A DNA stretch of 63,671 nucleotides, filler included, from Cercozoa sp. M6MM (GCA_040357565.1; 11 parts of 11 records of this genome joined end to end with filler, not necessarily neighbours in it), one strand, 5' to 3'; positions 12,032 to 26,618 are shown, counted from the whole stretch's first letter. Numbers and translations are program-made. Notes: generated from the sequence alone by a model not told the origin.

Positions 12032-12615
12032 ATGTCGCTTGCGTTTGGCGTCATTCTGGTACCGCATGTGCCAAATGTTTCTTTTCGGTGTTTCTGAACG
12101 GTCGTCAATCACCGCTTGACCCATCCGGGCGGACGTTTTTGTGTCAGTTCAAAATCAATGAAATTTATTTTTGTACAGAGGCTAGGTGGCGCGTATGTTA
12201 CTAATCTCGGCGTAACGTTGCAAAAACTGTACGTTTTTTCCTGTGCTCTGTTTGGTCATTGGACGTTTCGGGGCGCATGATCGCCTTTTTGCTCCGCATC
12301 ATATTTCTCGTTGTTTCAGTTCACATGCACGACAACAGCGGGTGTCACGCCTCGACGGTGGTGACAGCGATGCTGACGAAGAAGACGACGGCGCCATTGA
12401 AATGAAACACGGTGCCAATGGTCCCAACGAAAATGATCAGACGAAGGAAGACACCGAAGAGGTCAACACCAGTGGCATAGGCAAAAACAGGGACATCAGT
12501 GACGATACAAGCGATGAAAGCCGTCAATCTTTCCTTGCCAAACTGAACTGCTGTGGCTCTGTTCCGTGGCTCTTATGGCTACTCGGTACAAAACTAACAC
12601 ACACACACACACACG

Positions 12616-12647
<32 letters not shown>

Positions 12648-14838
12648 CCCGCATAGGTGTTTTTCTGTTCGCGATCGGCAATGTCGCCAACTTTGGCGCG
12701 CTCGTTTGGACACCGGCGTCGCTGTACGCTGCTCTGGGCACTGCCGGCCTTGCGTGGAACTGTCTCAACTCGAGGGTACGATAGCGCCTTTCTTCTTCCT
12801 GTGCTTCAAGATATCCATTTTGACCGATGCCATCAGGTCTTTCTCCAAGAGTATCTCACGCCGCGCGTTTGTTTTGCGACGCTGCTGATCGTTGGTGGCG
12901 CTGCATTAAGGTATAAGGGTTCGGTACAAGGGTTCTGGTGTGTGTACTGTTACCTTACCCGCCCTTCCTGCATACAGCACCTTCACGAGCGGCGATGGTG
13001 GCGAAGCCGGCAGCAGTTCCTCCACGTAGCTGTCACCTTGTTGCCTTTGGGTAATCGAGTGTACATTGTTCTTGTCTAAACAGTTGGGTCTCACTAGACT
13101 CGGTGTCACGTGCACCGTCGACACCTGTATCTGTCTGGGTACAACAACCACTCTCTTTCTCGTGAAGGTTGCCTACCCGGTGTGCTTTGTAACAGTTGAT
13201 GCTCAACGTCGCACTCTACTTTGCGCACATTGTGGGTACTCTTCCCTTGTGAGGCTCTGATTCATCAGCAATGCATTACCCGACAGGCATAATGCTGCAT
13301 GCTCGGCGGTGGAAGCAGTTTCGCGAGGAGTTCGGCATCCTCGTGGACGAGGACGAAACCCCAGAGGTCGAAACCCCTGTCTCGATCAGTAGCGAAGTCT
13401 CGGACAAGAAAGCTCTCGAGCCGGCACCGTTGGACACGCACGTGGTGCACCTGCGTCTGGACGATCAACTTGATGTGACTGACTTCGATGCCGTGGATCA
13501 CATCGATCGCACCGTCGATCGCGCCGTCGAGGATGTCTGCAATGGTGCCTCCAATGACTGCGATGATGCCTGTAATCAGAGTGTTGAAACCGTGCCGACG
13601 CCGGCCGAAACCGTCGTGGAAAACGATCGGAATCTCTGCAACACCAGCAGCGTTGGCGATGAGACCGCTTCGGAGCCGAGCGACGACGACTGCAAGGACG
13701 CCGTTTATGCAGATGGCGACGACACTGACCACGTGCGGCAGGCTACCATCACGCACCGCTGCGAAACTGTCGTCGGCCCAATCGAGGAGTATGAGCGTGA
13801 ACTATGCCTGCGGCGGCGGGTACCTGCCAACTTTCACTCTCTGGTGTGTATGGGATGGTGTGTGCTCTGCAGGCGATGCGAAGTTCCCGCTGGCTGTCGG
13901 TGTTGCTGCCGTCGTTGGCCGGTACTTGTGTCTCTGTTTGTGCATGTTGCGTATGCATGTGTGTCAATGCGCAGCTCTGTTGGCCAGCACCATGGTGGCG
14001 TGTATCAAGCTAATCTCGGAGATCACGCAGTCTTCATTGTCGAAAAAGTCAGGTACTCCCTTGCACGCACACATTTGTGTGGCGGACGTTGATTTGGAAG
14101 GAGGCACGTGTATGCGCGTGTGTGCGTGTGCAGGTGTATCTAACAGCGACAGCGGCCAGGGTTTCGGTTACCTCGCCAGTCATGGTAGAGTCACCTCACC
14201 TGTCTCTCTTCGGAATCGATAAGACCAGTCAATACCTTTTTGTTCTTTGCAGCACTGCCGTGGCTGCTCGTGGTCGCTACCATTGCTTTCGCCGTCCTGC
14301 ACCTGCGGTACTTGAGTGGCGAACAAAAATTATATACACGTATATTTAGATTTATATATTGATCTATGTATATTCACATGTACTCAGTGTGCTGAATGCG
14401 GCACTGCGCAAGTTCGACCAGCTGCTGGTGGTGCCGGTGTTTGCCGTGTGCTTGTCGAGTTTCGCGCTGCTCAGCGGTGCCTTGCTCTTTGCCGACTTCA
14501 GTCAACAGGTACCCACAAGTGAGAGACTCGGTGGCTCGAGTGAATGCAATGGGATTTGTGTGAGACAGAAGATGATGACGACGCTGCTGTTTGCGTTGTC
14601 GCAAGTAATCTCGTTCGCCGGTGTCGTGCTGCTGGCGTACTCTGCGCGCAGCGCGAGCGAGGACGACGTTTGTGCAGCTGACGGTCTCGACACGGTGCTC
14701 GCGGGTGATGCCACCAGCGAGGGTCTCACCGTCGACACCAATCGTCGCGGTCTTGGCCCGTTCGCCGACGTGCACGCCGACATTGAACTAACCGAGCCGA
14801 ATTCGGCGCCGACTGTGGCCGCTCTGGGCGCTGGCCAG
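12032..14838 (+). CDS. NIPA-family (DMT) magnesium transporter, 3' truncated
   Basis: NLGVTLQKLSH; WLLG..LFAIGNVANFGALVWTPASLYAALG; VFLQEYLT; LNAALRKFDQLLVVPVF..LLSGALLF are typical NIPA motifs. Two acidic loop insertions. Confidence 0.85.
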
Positions 14839-14857
14839 GTACGCACACAGTGTCTGT

Positions 14858-14925
<68 letters not shown>

Positions 14926-15025
14926 NNNNNNNNNNNNNNNNNNNNNNNNNNNNNNNNNNNNNNNNNNNNTTAATTAATTAANNNNNNNNNNNNNNNNNNN
15001 NNNNNNNNNNNNNNNNNNNNNNNNN

Positions 15026-15122
<97 letters not shown>

Positions 15123-15129
15123 ATGAAAT

Positions 15130-16082
15130 GTACAATCGGCGACTGTCCACTAGCGTCCAACGCTTTAACATCGGCACCTTGCTCCAGCAGCATTTTCTAC
15201 ACTTTCGTCCATCATTGGTACTTCCTTCAGTTGCAATATACAAAGAGTACCAAGATCTCAAAGTCTTCATCCGGAAACAACACAGCATAGTGCTACAGTC
15301 ACTGTCAAGCGGGGAAAGGGTAAAAGACTGCACGGAGGTAACACACACCAGTGGGGTGAAGCCTGTCGTCACTGCGTGAGGGTTAACTTCGGGCATCTGG
15401 TGCTACAACAATCAAGAAATAAACACAAGGCGAAAGCACAAAAGCGAAAGCAAGAGGTAGAATCACCTGTCGGACGCGTTGTGTCTCGTACCACGGCAGT
15501 CCATCCTCGTTGCCGCCGTTGCTGCGATGCACGCGCTCGCCATTGATGAAGACCTCCTCAAAGAAAGACGTGTGACCCTGCCGCGGCGACGAAACGTCGG
15601 CCACGTTGACATCGGCGTTGTTGGACAGGAGAAAGCGCACCATCTCGACGTCGCGATTCGCGACGGCCACATGCAGCGGTGCCCAGCCTGCGGGCCCGCT
15701 CTTGTCGACTTGCAGTCTCTCTACACAGGTGGATGAAGAAGAAAATTTATCTGAAGAAACACAACCAACAAAGTCATACCCGCCTGCGCAAGTCTCGCCA
15801 GCTGCTTCACTTGCCTGCGAAACACCATCTCGCACACGTCGACGCTATTAACGGGACGCCCTGTACAGTGCAGCAGTCCAATCCCACACACTCACACAAC
15901 AACTTAATCGCAATGATACATGCGAACTCGTCGTCGTCCAGTTCTGCCGCGAAAACGAGGCGAGCACCAGGTTTCTCATTTTCTTGAGATGCAAAAAATA
16001 AGCTCGGCGATTCGAGTTTTTGCGAAGCGGCAGCAAGCACGCCGGACGCGGCGGCAATAAGTCTCACGCGATGCCAGCACAT
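15130..16082 (-). CDS. Ankyrin-repeat protein, 3' truncated
   Basis: AGWAPLHVAVANRDVEMVRFLLSNNADVNVAD; TGFTPL; MLLEQGADVKALDASGQSPI. Confidence 0.8.
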
Positions 16083-16302
16083 GGCTGCGCACTTCTGATG
16101 TCTAATTTTCACGTGATCCGATGCTTATATAAATTCGATTTTTTCGATTCGTCTTTCGAGACGCAGTGAGTTCTAAATCGACACCAGCGTTTCTCCGACA
16201 CGCGTCTGACAGGGATTAGGTAGGGTTTTTCCTGCGCTTTGAGACGCCCGCGCAAGCGTACAGGCATTGTGGAACTGCCTGCAGGCACGGGAAGACTAGG
16301 CA

Positions 16303-18411
16303 ATGCCCAGCAGCAGTAGCGTCCCATCTTCTCCAAAAGTTCGCTCATTGTCGCCTGCTGGTTTGTCACGCTCTAAGAGCGTTGCGCATATCTCACGCAG
16401 ATTGCCTGCGCTGACGGTTGGAGAACTGGTGTGCTGGTATGATGAGCGTGCAACTCATGTACGAGGACGGGGGGCCACCGAACTGGGCGAAGGAAGTTCG
16501 AGCTCCCGCGGCACCTCGCCCGCTCCCAGCGAAGCGGAAGGTTGGTTCTGTGTTCTTATAGCGAAGTTGGTGTTATCTTGCACGTGCTATGTACAACTGC
16601 GGGTATTTCAGGTTCCGTTTTGACGGAAAGCACCCAACCTTTTGTGAGCTCGTCGTATGTTGACCAGCTGAACGAAAAGCTCGACTTGCCTGCTTCCTTT
16701 CAACATGAGGTTGAACCACCGTTGACTCCGCGATCAAAGAGAGCTCTTGCTCGAATTGGACTTTCTAGGATGGATTTGAGACCATTTGATCCAGTGTTGT
16801 CCTCCATGGAAGCAGGTATCAGTTATCACAAACTCGGGCGACGACAACGAAAGCTCGTTCGAAACCTCGGAAACCGACAAAGACGTTGTGTACGTTATTT
16901 TTAGTTTCACTTTCAACCTTGTTAATGCACTAACCCTTAAACAGAAAATCGAGGAAGTTCTTCTTGAGCGTGGAAGAGTCATTGAAGAGGAAAAGGCAGC
17001 TGCAGCTGCCGCCGAGAATGACCCTCTGGTCATCGCGGAGAGAAAAATGATTGCGCAAATGGAGCGACAAGAGAAGCTGGCTCTAACTGCCTTGGAACGA
17101 AGTGCGGAAAAAGAAAAGCAGCTGCAGGAAGCAGCAAAAAGGCTTGCACGTGAGCGAAAGCAAGCACTTGAAAAACAGCAAAAACGACGAGAAGAAATGG
17201 AACGACGTAGACTCGAGCAGTTGCAAGAAAGGCACTATGCACAACAGGAAGCTGAAAGGCAGCGCCATCAGCAAGAGATCGAACGTGAAGCACGACAAAA
17301 AGAGTTGGTTGAGAAACGAATGCGTCTCAAACGTGAACGCGAGGAAAGACAAAGTCAACGCATGCACGAGCTTGAGCGACGCAGGAAGGAGCAGGCCAAA
17401 CTTGAGGCTGCACGAATTGCCGAAAAGAGAAGAGAGCGTCTGAAAAAGATAGGAGAAATGCGCAGGCAGCAGCGCGAAGCTTACAAGAAGCAACTTCGAT
17501 TGCGCCAAACGAGTGAACGCCGTCGTCTTCAACTGTTGGAAGAGCAGCAAGCACAACGCAAGCAAGCGGCCCAGGAACTTGCAAGGAAGCAGAAGCAAAA
17601 ACGCGAACGGATAGAACGATTGCGCCATCGAGCTGAACAAGCCCGGAAGGCTGAGTTTTTGCGGCAGCAAAAAGAAGCGCGATTGCGTCTCCTAGAACAA
17701 GATCAGAAGCGGAGACAGGAGATTAAACAACAGCACCACTTTGCTCTACAACAAGAACTACACAGAAAGGAACGAATTCAACAAGCGCGTCGTGTTGAGC
17801 AGCAGCGTGTGCACGAGCTCGACCGCCGCTTGGAGAAGCAAGAGCAGCGTATAGCTGAGCTTCGCGAAGGTAAATTTACTGTCAGTGTATTCTCTGAGCG
17901 ATTTCACTTCCGTCGCCGAAAAAAATTGACCGGGACCGCCATGTACCTTTGGCGACTTCAAATACGGCATTTGTGCAGAAAGGAGGCGCGAAGCCGACGA
18001 CAGGAAGTTAAAGGCGCAGTTGGTATCCAAGTGGTATCTTTCTCCGTTATCACATGGAGTAGTGCGTGTGTGTATTTTAAACAGGATGCTCTCTATCGTG
18101 CTGACACTTTGCGGCGAAAAATGCTTCGAGAGAAGTACCAGCGGAAACGCATCGCCGAGCAACTCGAGGAGAAAGCCCGGCGCGCGAAGCAGATTGAGGC
18201 ACATAAGGCGCGTTTGAAAGCCAGACAGGTACACTGCAGTGTTGGGGAGAAGTTTTAACATTGATTTCTATTGCATACAAACTTTGCTCAGGAGCGGCTA
18301 CGCGAGGAGATGACTGCGAAACGCGATGTCATTCGGAGAAAAATTCGGGCAGAGCAGGAAAAAGAAGAACTCAAAAAACGCGAGCGGCTAGCATTTACTT
18401 ACCTTCCCTAA
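16303..18411 (+). CDS. Long E/R/K/Q-rich coiled-coil protein
   Basis: About 400 aa charged helical exon (16944-17869) preceded by TPRSKRALARIGLSRMDLRP; ends RERLAFTYLP-TAA. Confidence 0.7.
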
Positions 18412-18591
18412 AAGTTCGACGGTGCAATAGCAAGTACAATCTGCTAATGCGTAAGTTACTAGGTTTTACAGTCATACGTATGTCGAAATTCCTGCCAGTT
18501 CAGCGATCTCCGACTCTCGGAGATCCTCTCAGGAAGAGTGTCAATTGGTACTGCATTACCCATCAGGTTTGAATCTAAAGTGAAGTGAGTC

Positions 18592-19780
18592 ATGAGCGAA
18601 CCATCGCTGCCAAGTGACGTTGAGAGTGGAACAAATGAGCCAGGGAGTACGCAAGTCGCGACTGACACAGTCGATGCTGGCGCAGAAGACGGCGACAATA
18701 ATGTGTATGCGGACCTTGGTGGAGATTCATGTGTCTACTGAGTAGAATACTGTATTTCAGTGTCTAAATTTAGTTATATTCATGGCTTGATCAGACTCCG
18801 GTGGACAGCACACCAAGTCGCTGATTACATGTCGGAACGCCACGGAGCGGAGGTCGGCAGCGCGTTTGCAATCGCCAACATTGTAAGTTTACGACATTTA
18901 TGGCAACTCGAGTCATTTAAGCGGCTCAACTGCCTACTGCTGTGAAGTTGTGAACTTATTTGGCAGAAAGGACGTCAGTTGAACAATGTCGATGACCGTC
19001 AGTTGCTACAGATGGTAGAGTTCACCAACTGACGGGGTGCTTTTCCTTTCCAAGTGTGGGGAAACACTCGTTTGATACTCAGGGTGTGGAATCGTATGAA
19101 ACACGTCTCGCTGTACTTCGGGACATCGCGCAGATAACCGGATCGGCCGAACAACATGTATAAACCCTAAGTCAGTCGGAACCTCTGTTAAAACATGCTG
19201 TGCTTAGCGAAGAGTCGCCGAACTTGACCCCAACAACGCTATCTACGAACCCGTTGTCATACCACCTGAGGATGGTACAGTACCACCAAACACGTAGACG
19301 TGCCCGTGACTGTAAATTTGTAACACTACCTGAGTGCAGTTGATCGCGCTCGTGAAGCGATAACGCAACAAGAAACTACGAGCACCATGTAAGTCTAACT
19401 AAATCTATGTTCTTCGGTACGCGTGACTCGGAGATGATGTACAGTACTTGGGTTCAAGCGCTGTCTTGCTGCATGCTGCTTCCCGCACCACCATGCGCAG
19501 TCGGAGGTTTAGTGTACGGCTACCGAGCTAGGGTAGACTGTGTTCAGCTAAGCCTATCTTGAACAGGTGGCGACTTTTCTCTTTCCTGTGTACCCCACCC
19601 CAGAAAGCAAGTCAGCGCGGTGACCAGGTGAGCACAATTTTTAACTTGCATCGAGGACTCCAGTGCTTGCGATGTAAGTCCCTCACTTGTCATTCGCTGA
19701 CGCCAATTGTTTATCGCAAGTGCAATGTGTCCGTTTTTGTTTTAGTTGGCTTGATCTTCATCCTGACGCTGTGTCTCGTG
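18592..19780 (+). CDS. SAM-domain protein, 3' end uncertain
   Basis: Spliced WTAHQVADYM...AFAIANIKGRQLNNVDDRQLLQMGVESYETRLAVLRDI fits the sterile alpha motif pattern. Confidence 0.65.
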
Positions 19781-19782
19781 TA

Positions 19783-19959
<177 letters not shown>

Positions 19960-20059
19960 NNNNNNNNNNNNNNNNNNNNNNNNNNNNNNNNNNNNNNNNN
20001 NNNTTAATTAATTAANNNNNNNNNNNNNNNNNNNNNNNNNNNNNNNNNNNNNNNNNNNN

Positions 20060-21278
20060 CCCTGACCCTTGCAATAGAAGTACCAAACGTCATCCATGGT
20101 GCGAACTTCGGCAGCAGTCACATTCACGCGTTTCTACATACACACATGGAGGGGAGGGTGAAGGGGGCAAAGGGATAAGGTGGCAGGCATACAGCAGCGA
20201 TGCGACGGTCGGGCGTTTCGTAGTGCGCCAACAACGTATCATCTTCGATCTCGGCCTTGGCCTCGTCACTGGGGGGGGGGGGGGTAAGGGGTAAAGGGGT
20301 AAAGAGGAAGGGTGATACCACAGCATGTGCTCGACTTGACGTAGTCGATCGGCTTCGAGACGCACTTCGAATTCCTATTTTTTATCAAGAGTATATTTAC
20401 TCAAGCTGTATATATTCAAGGATTTAATTAAGGGGGTTGATTAAGAAATATTTAATTAAAGGGGTGGTTTAGTAGTTAAGGGAGTGTACCGGGAGTGCGC
20501 GGAACGGGTGCACAGCGTCGCGCAGCACGAATGGCTTCTCGCTACGTGTTTGCGAAGTTATACCCCCTTTACCCTCATCTTACCCCCATAGTAAAATGCA
20601 CCCCAAGAAGAGCACAGGCTCCTCCAGCAGCGACACCACTTCGACGTGTTTCGCATCGCTGTACAACAACAACAAGCGTGTTTGAATACAAGTATATTTA
20701 AAGGCATGACTACCCCTGGAAACGACTCAGCAGTGCCATTAGTCGACGCAGGCCACTCACACTCCTGAGGGTAATGGGGTAAGGGGGTAGGGGTAAAAGG
20801 GGGTATAAGTGCTACCATTGCGCCGTGGCAGCGATGGGCCACTGCATGTTTTCGCCATTGCTCTGTCCAAGCACACGACTTGTCATACTTATACATAAAA
20901 ATAAACATAAAAATAAACATATAAATAGATAAACAAACAAGTCTACTTACGCCTGCTGACTCGACGAAAGACATCTCCGACTCTGGCGGCGTCTGTCCAT
21001 CGAGGGGGGGGGGGGTGGGTAAAAGGGTAAAGGGTAAAAGGATAAAGGGGGTAAAATTACGTCCAGAATCGGTGTGGCACTGGACGATGCTTGCAGTTTC
21101 GCTAACGACGTCAATGACACGCTCGAAAGCGACCTAGATAGGGAGATAAAGTTAAGGGGCAAATAGGGGAAAGCGAAACCGACTTAGGCAACTGCGCCAT
21201 GTGAATCGGCAACAACGAACGGAAGTTCGGAGCGCCAGGGATTCGCATGTTCTGCATGGGAGTAGGGGTAAAGTGTGT

Positions 21279-21352
<74 letters not shown>

Positions 21353-24300
21353 GGGGGGGGGGGTAAGACCTCAGTCAGACTCGGCACAGCGTGTCGCGGC
21401 GCAAAGTGCGCACGTTTCAGAATCGTGCCCTTAACAAGCCAACTCAGTCAGAATTTACCGTTCAAATGTACCGTCCAAAATGTACCGCACAAATTGAATA
21501 TTCAAAAAGAAACGCACCTTGGACAGAACGTTGCCGCTACGCGACAGAACAACTTGTTTTTCCTGCCCATTTTGTATTTAGGTACATATGGACACACGAG
21601 TCCTTGTACCAAGTCCATTTGTACAGGAGGGAGTACCATCGGTGTAGCCAACTGTAACTGCGACACCGGCGTCACGGCACGTTCCAGTGCGTCATCCTAC
21701 ACCGATTCCGTCATTACCCTTACACCTTATCCCCCTTAATCTCTACCTCACAAAGCGTGTCGATGAACCGAGTGAGATCAGCGTGTTGTTCGAGCCACTC
21801 GGCAAAGTCCGTCTGCACCATCAATCAGATTCAACAACCTTGTTTAGCAAACGCGTGTGTCCTACCTGACCAGCAATCACACAGGCAGCGACGCACAACA
21901 GCCGCGCGTAGCGACGCAACTGCACGGCACCGACTCAACATTAACTTCAGCTCCAACAAAGCAAAGCAACTCAAGAGTCAAAATAAACTCATACGTCCAA
22001 TCGCGTGCGACTCATGGCCGAGTGTTTCTCCGCATCGCCGCGAGCGTTCTTTCAAATCGTCAGTTTCATCTCTCTGGTCAACCTTGAATCATATGAAACC
22101 GAAGAGGTACCTCTAGCAAGTAGCATGAGTCTTTCAATCGTCTCTGCAATGACACACAGCGATCACAGCACAGCAAGCGAATCGAAACAAGAGAAATGAA
22201 AGCGAAACAAAGCGAAATAATGTGAAACAAAGCGAAACAAAGCGAAACAAAACAATCAAGTAAATCAATCAAAGCAAACCAAAGGAAAAAGCAAATCAAA
22301 GCAAACCAAAGCAAAAAAAAAAGCAAGTCAAACTGAGTCAACGAACCTGCAAATCATAGACACGCGCGCTCGACTCCAACGACGTCTGTACGAGCTGTTT
22401 GGAACGTTCGCCGTCCGGCAGAACCCTGATCGCACGATAAAATTTTTTTGCAAACAAGGTTGTTTGCAAAAGAAATATTCTTATTTTGCCCAAGTACCGC
22501 AGCAGTTGCGAAACAAAGGCGAGATCGTCGAGAAACGGCACTTCTTCCGCCTGGACGGGTGGGATAAATAAAAAACCAAGAGAGCAGGAGCGAAAGCTAC
22601 CTCAGGAGCAGTGCTGCGGAGGTGCTTGAACGGCGAGCGGCAGCACACGCCCATCGTCTTGGCAACGATGGTTGCAAGCACTGTAGCCAGCGTGCACCGA
22701 CCGCGTCCCTGGCCGAGTACAGTGGTATAAACATGCCCAGATGGATTGAACTGAAGAAATTAAGGGTGCAGAGGGTACAGACTGATCGTTGAAAACAACG
22801 ACGGTCTCACTGTCTTTGTGCCATGCTTGGCGCACTAGTCGCATGATCTCCTATATAACCCGGGTACAAGTGGACAAGCCAGGTATGATCTGACCTCCAA
22901 AAGTTACCGTGCAATCATCAGCGGCTGGGACACTTTCCGGCGTCATCGGCACGCGCACATACTGTGGCGACGGGTACCTGTGTGGGTAAATTGAGTGGTG
23001 TTAAATGAGGAGAAAAGAAGGTCAAGGAGGTAGAATGGAGGGCAAAGAATAGAGGGTATAGGGGTAAGGTCGTACGGCGTGTTCTCGTTGGAGAGTTTTG
23101 CGAAGAATTCAGCTGCCGTTTGTACCTTCACGGGAAAGAGGAATAAAATAGGGAGATAAAATCGAGTTTGGTAAAAAGAGGGGTAAAAGGACGGACAAAA
23201 AAGGTAAGCTCAGATGTTAAAGGCGACAAGGTGTGAGGGGATAAACAGGGGGGGTAAAGCTTACAGTAGGCGGCGAGGCTGCCTCCCAGCATGCGCGCAG
23301 ACTAACTTGTTTCTTGCCCGACTGTTTCGACTTGTTCGAGTGCCGCAGCGGAATCTCGCGGTGCACCAGAGTCAGTCCGCCATTGGCACGTGCCTTCAAA
23401 CATGGAGTGTGTTCAAACAAGGTAGTCCAAGACAAACAAGGTTGTCGTAGTACCTCGGACAGCACGTCGACCTTGAGTCGCTGCTCCAGTTCCTCGAGAC
23501 TTTGCGCGGCTACAACATAGCGCACTCTTTAAAACGCTTAACAAAAGCTGCCCCTTTAAATATTATGATTTCGTTAAAGGAGCGCTCTTACAGATGTCAC
23601 GGAAACTGCGCATGTTGCGCAGTGGGTGCTCGGCGTCGCGCAGCACGAACGGACGATCGTTGATGTACAGCACGGGCTGGAACAGATAAACATGGGGTAA
23701 ACAGGGTAAACAGGGGAGTAAACAGGGGAGTAAACAGGGGTGCAAACAGGGAGGTAAAGGGTAAAAAGGGTAGTAGAGTGGGTTAAACCTCCTCACGCAG
23801 ATTGATCCACAGCACGCGTTTCTGCAGCATCTGCACAAGAACACAAAGAGTTAACTCCAGAATCTTCCCTCTTATCCGCACGGAAGAACAGAAACGCTAC
23901 CGTCAGCAGCGAGCGCACGCCGAACGCCGTCGGTTGACCCACCTAAACATGTCGAAAATGAGGAGGTGGGAGGGCAAAAGGGATACGTGTAAACTACAGC
24001 AACAACAACGCCATTGACGCTGCGGTAGTTGGGCGCGCCACTCACATGCACCTGTGTGGACAAGGAGTTTAACGGGGTTAAAGGGGGTAAAGGGGAGGGG
24101 TTAACTTACAGGCAGCTGGTGGCCGCGATCGGCCTCCAAAAAGTGATCGTTCTTGAGCAGACTGCCGCTCGAGAACACATGGCCTTCGCGTCGCTCCACA
24201 AACTGCAAAGTTTTGGAGTTAGGGAGTCAGGGAGGTAAAATTGGAACTAAAAGGGGCTACAGCACTCGCCTACCTGGTTGGAACTCATCGCAAAGGCCGA

Positions 24301-24384
24301 TGTGCCACCTGCGATCGTTCTGCAATTCAAACATCGGTTATCTGGTTCAAGTTCACTTTAACAGAATAAAAATTTACCGCTCAT
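20060..24384 (-). CDS. Paladin-like (PTP-like/inositol phosphatase) protein, 3' truncated
   Basis: REGHVFSSGSLLKNDHF, GAPNYRSV, VGQPT, VWINLREEPVLYINDRPFVLRD, LEQRLKVDVL, YVRVPMT, VVFNDQSGRGRCT; second repeat RSGNVLSKGTILKRAHF. Confidence 0.88.
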
Positions 24385-24718
24385 GTCGCGTCATTCGACG
24401 CAAATCTTGCGCCGATGCCGCGCGCGTCAGAGGCATTGTTTTTTACTTGTCTTGGCCTTTTCTTGTTTTTCTCCAAACTCGGAAAAACCGCTCACGCCAG
24501 CAAATATGATTTTCGTTTTCCTATCTTTCTTGAATTTGGCCAACGAGTACGTTATAGGCAAAGTCTTGGACCTTGTGTGTCAATCTATCTCTCAAATTGC
24601 TTCTGTGCACAGCAAAACATAACTTTATTTTTTGTGGCCGATCAGCGATTCTTATGCGATTAAGTCAACTTAGATCTGCGCGCGTGTGCAGGGTGATGCC
24701 TGCATTGCATATAGTGCA

Positions 24719-25023
24719 ATGAGGATAGGTCGCCATGCGTTGGGCCTAGTGCTCATGTTTGTATGTCACTCCCTCTTTTCACCCCTGTTTACCCCTGTTT
24801 ACCTCCTGTTCATTTCCTTTATACCCCTCCTGTTCGCTCCCTTTATACCCCTCCTGTTCAGTCAGTGGTCAGCATGTGGGTTGGCGGCTCGATTCTGGTG
24901 CAGTCGATCTTCCGCGCGGACGGGTCGATCGGACCGGCCGCGCTGACCTACGTGAATGCGAGTTGTTACGCTTTGTTCGGCGTCGCTCCGCTCTGGCGTC
25001 GTTGCTGCTCGTCTGGCCACAAG
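24719..25023 (+). CDS. SLC35F/THI74-like DMT transporter, N-terminal fragment
   Basis: ALGLVLMF/VVSMWVGGSILVQSIF...PAALTYVNASCYALF resembles TM1-TM2 of the SLC35F family. Confidence 0.65.
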
Positions 25024-25139
25024 GTGAGGGGTAAACAGANNNNNNNNNNNNNNNNNNNNNNNNNNNNNNNNNNNNNNNNNNNNTTAATTAATTAANNNNN
25101 NNNNNNNNNNNNNNNNNNNNNNNNNNNNNNNNNNNNNNN

Positions 25140-25179
<40 letters not shown>

Positions 25180-25182
<3 letters not shown>

Positions 25183-26618
25183 TCGTCGTGTCAAATGAGA
25201 CAGTGCAGCACAAGGCAAGCCGTACCGGCGCAGCTGGAGAATCATCGAACTCGTCGTTGTCGACTTCGACAACCGTGGTATCGCTTTCGTCAAAATCGTT
25301 GTCGGCCAGCTCATCTAGCTGCTTGGTCTCTGAGTCTTGTTGCTCCTCAGACTCGTCCTTGGACTCAGCATCTTCAGCGTGCTCGGACTCATCTTGAGTG
25401 GTCTGCTCAGCCTGCAGCTCAGCTTCGGCGATCTGGTCCTCGATCAGGAAGCTCTCCGACACGTCAAACGTCGGCAGCTGCACCACCGTCGGAATTTTCT
25501 CGCGCTCGTAGCACTCGATCTGGCAGAGTTGAAGTGAAAGTGAAAGTCATTAGAAACACAACAACTGACATGACAACAGCACACAGACAGAGATACAGAG
25601 ACAAAACAACGAACCTCGTCGCCTTCCTCGACGCCGTCGAAGTGGAAGAACGCAATGGCACCTGAAGACAACACCCAGATCACACGCAGAAAGCAAGGAC
25701 AGCACAGGTACCTTCGGTGCCAGTCTCGAGTTCCGTAACGTCGTCGCGGAAGTGTTTCATCGAGTAGGCCGGCCAGTAGGACTCGAACACCACCTGACGT
25801 TAACAAGAGCATATGTAACCCCCTCCCCAGGTGACAGCGCAGGAACCGAGATACCTTGCCATCGCGCCACAAGCGGAAACACGCATCACGCTTGACCGAG
25901 CCGCTTTCGACATAGAGACCGGCCGCGTTGAACTTGCGCCGACGCGAGTCTGAACTCAGCCAATTTATATTCTTCAATTCACACAAAAAGCAGAAAGAAA
26001 AAACAGAAATACCGCCTCGCAGATTGAAGGTTTTGAGCACCTGAGCGAAACCTTTTAATGTCGCGAAAAAACTCACAAAACTGGTGAAAGCATACCTTGG
26101 CTCTGCCCAATGGTGTTTCCTTGTAGTCCGGTCGCGATACCTGCTCGACACAACACATACCTTTAAGGAAGGAGAGGGAAGGAAGGGAGGGGAGGGAGGG
26201 GAAGGGAAGGAAGGGAGGGGAGGGAGGGAAAGGGAAGGAAGGGAGGAAGGAGGGAAGAAGGGAGGAAGGAAATGAGGGAAATGTACAGATTTGACAGCTT
26301 CGCCGACTTGTTCGGCCAGCTTGAAAATCACGTCGCTCGTCAAGATGTCGATCGCCCCCTGGTTGCGTCGCCTACCACACGGACGTATGCGACCCTTCGA
26401 TACCCCCAGACACCTGGACAGGTCAAGAAAGCAAGGCATACGCGCGGAGCTCATTGGCGCTGTCGATCATCTCACGCGCGTGCGAGTCGACACTAACGCC
26501 TGGATATATTAAGATATTAATATAGTCGAAGCTTAACAAATCTAATGCAATACATACATATATACAGGTACGGTATTATACATATATACAGATATAGACA
26601 GACATACACAATAAATAC

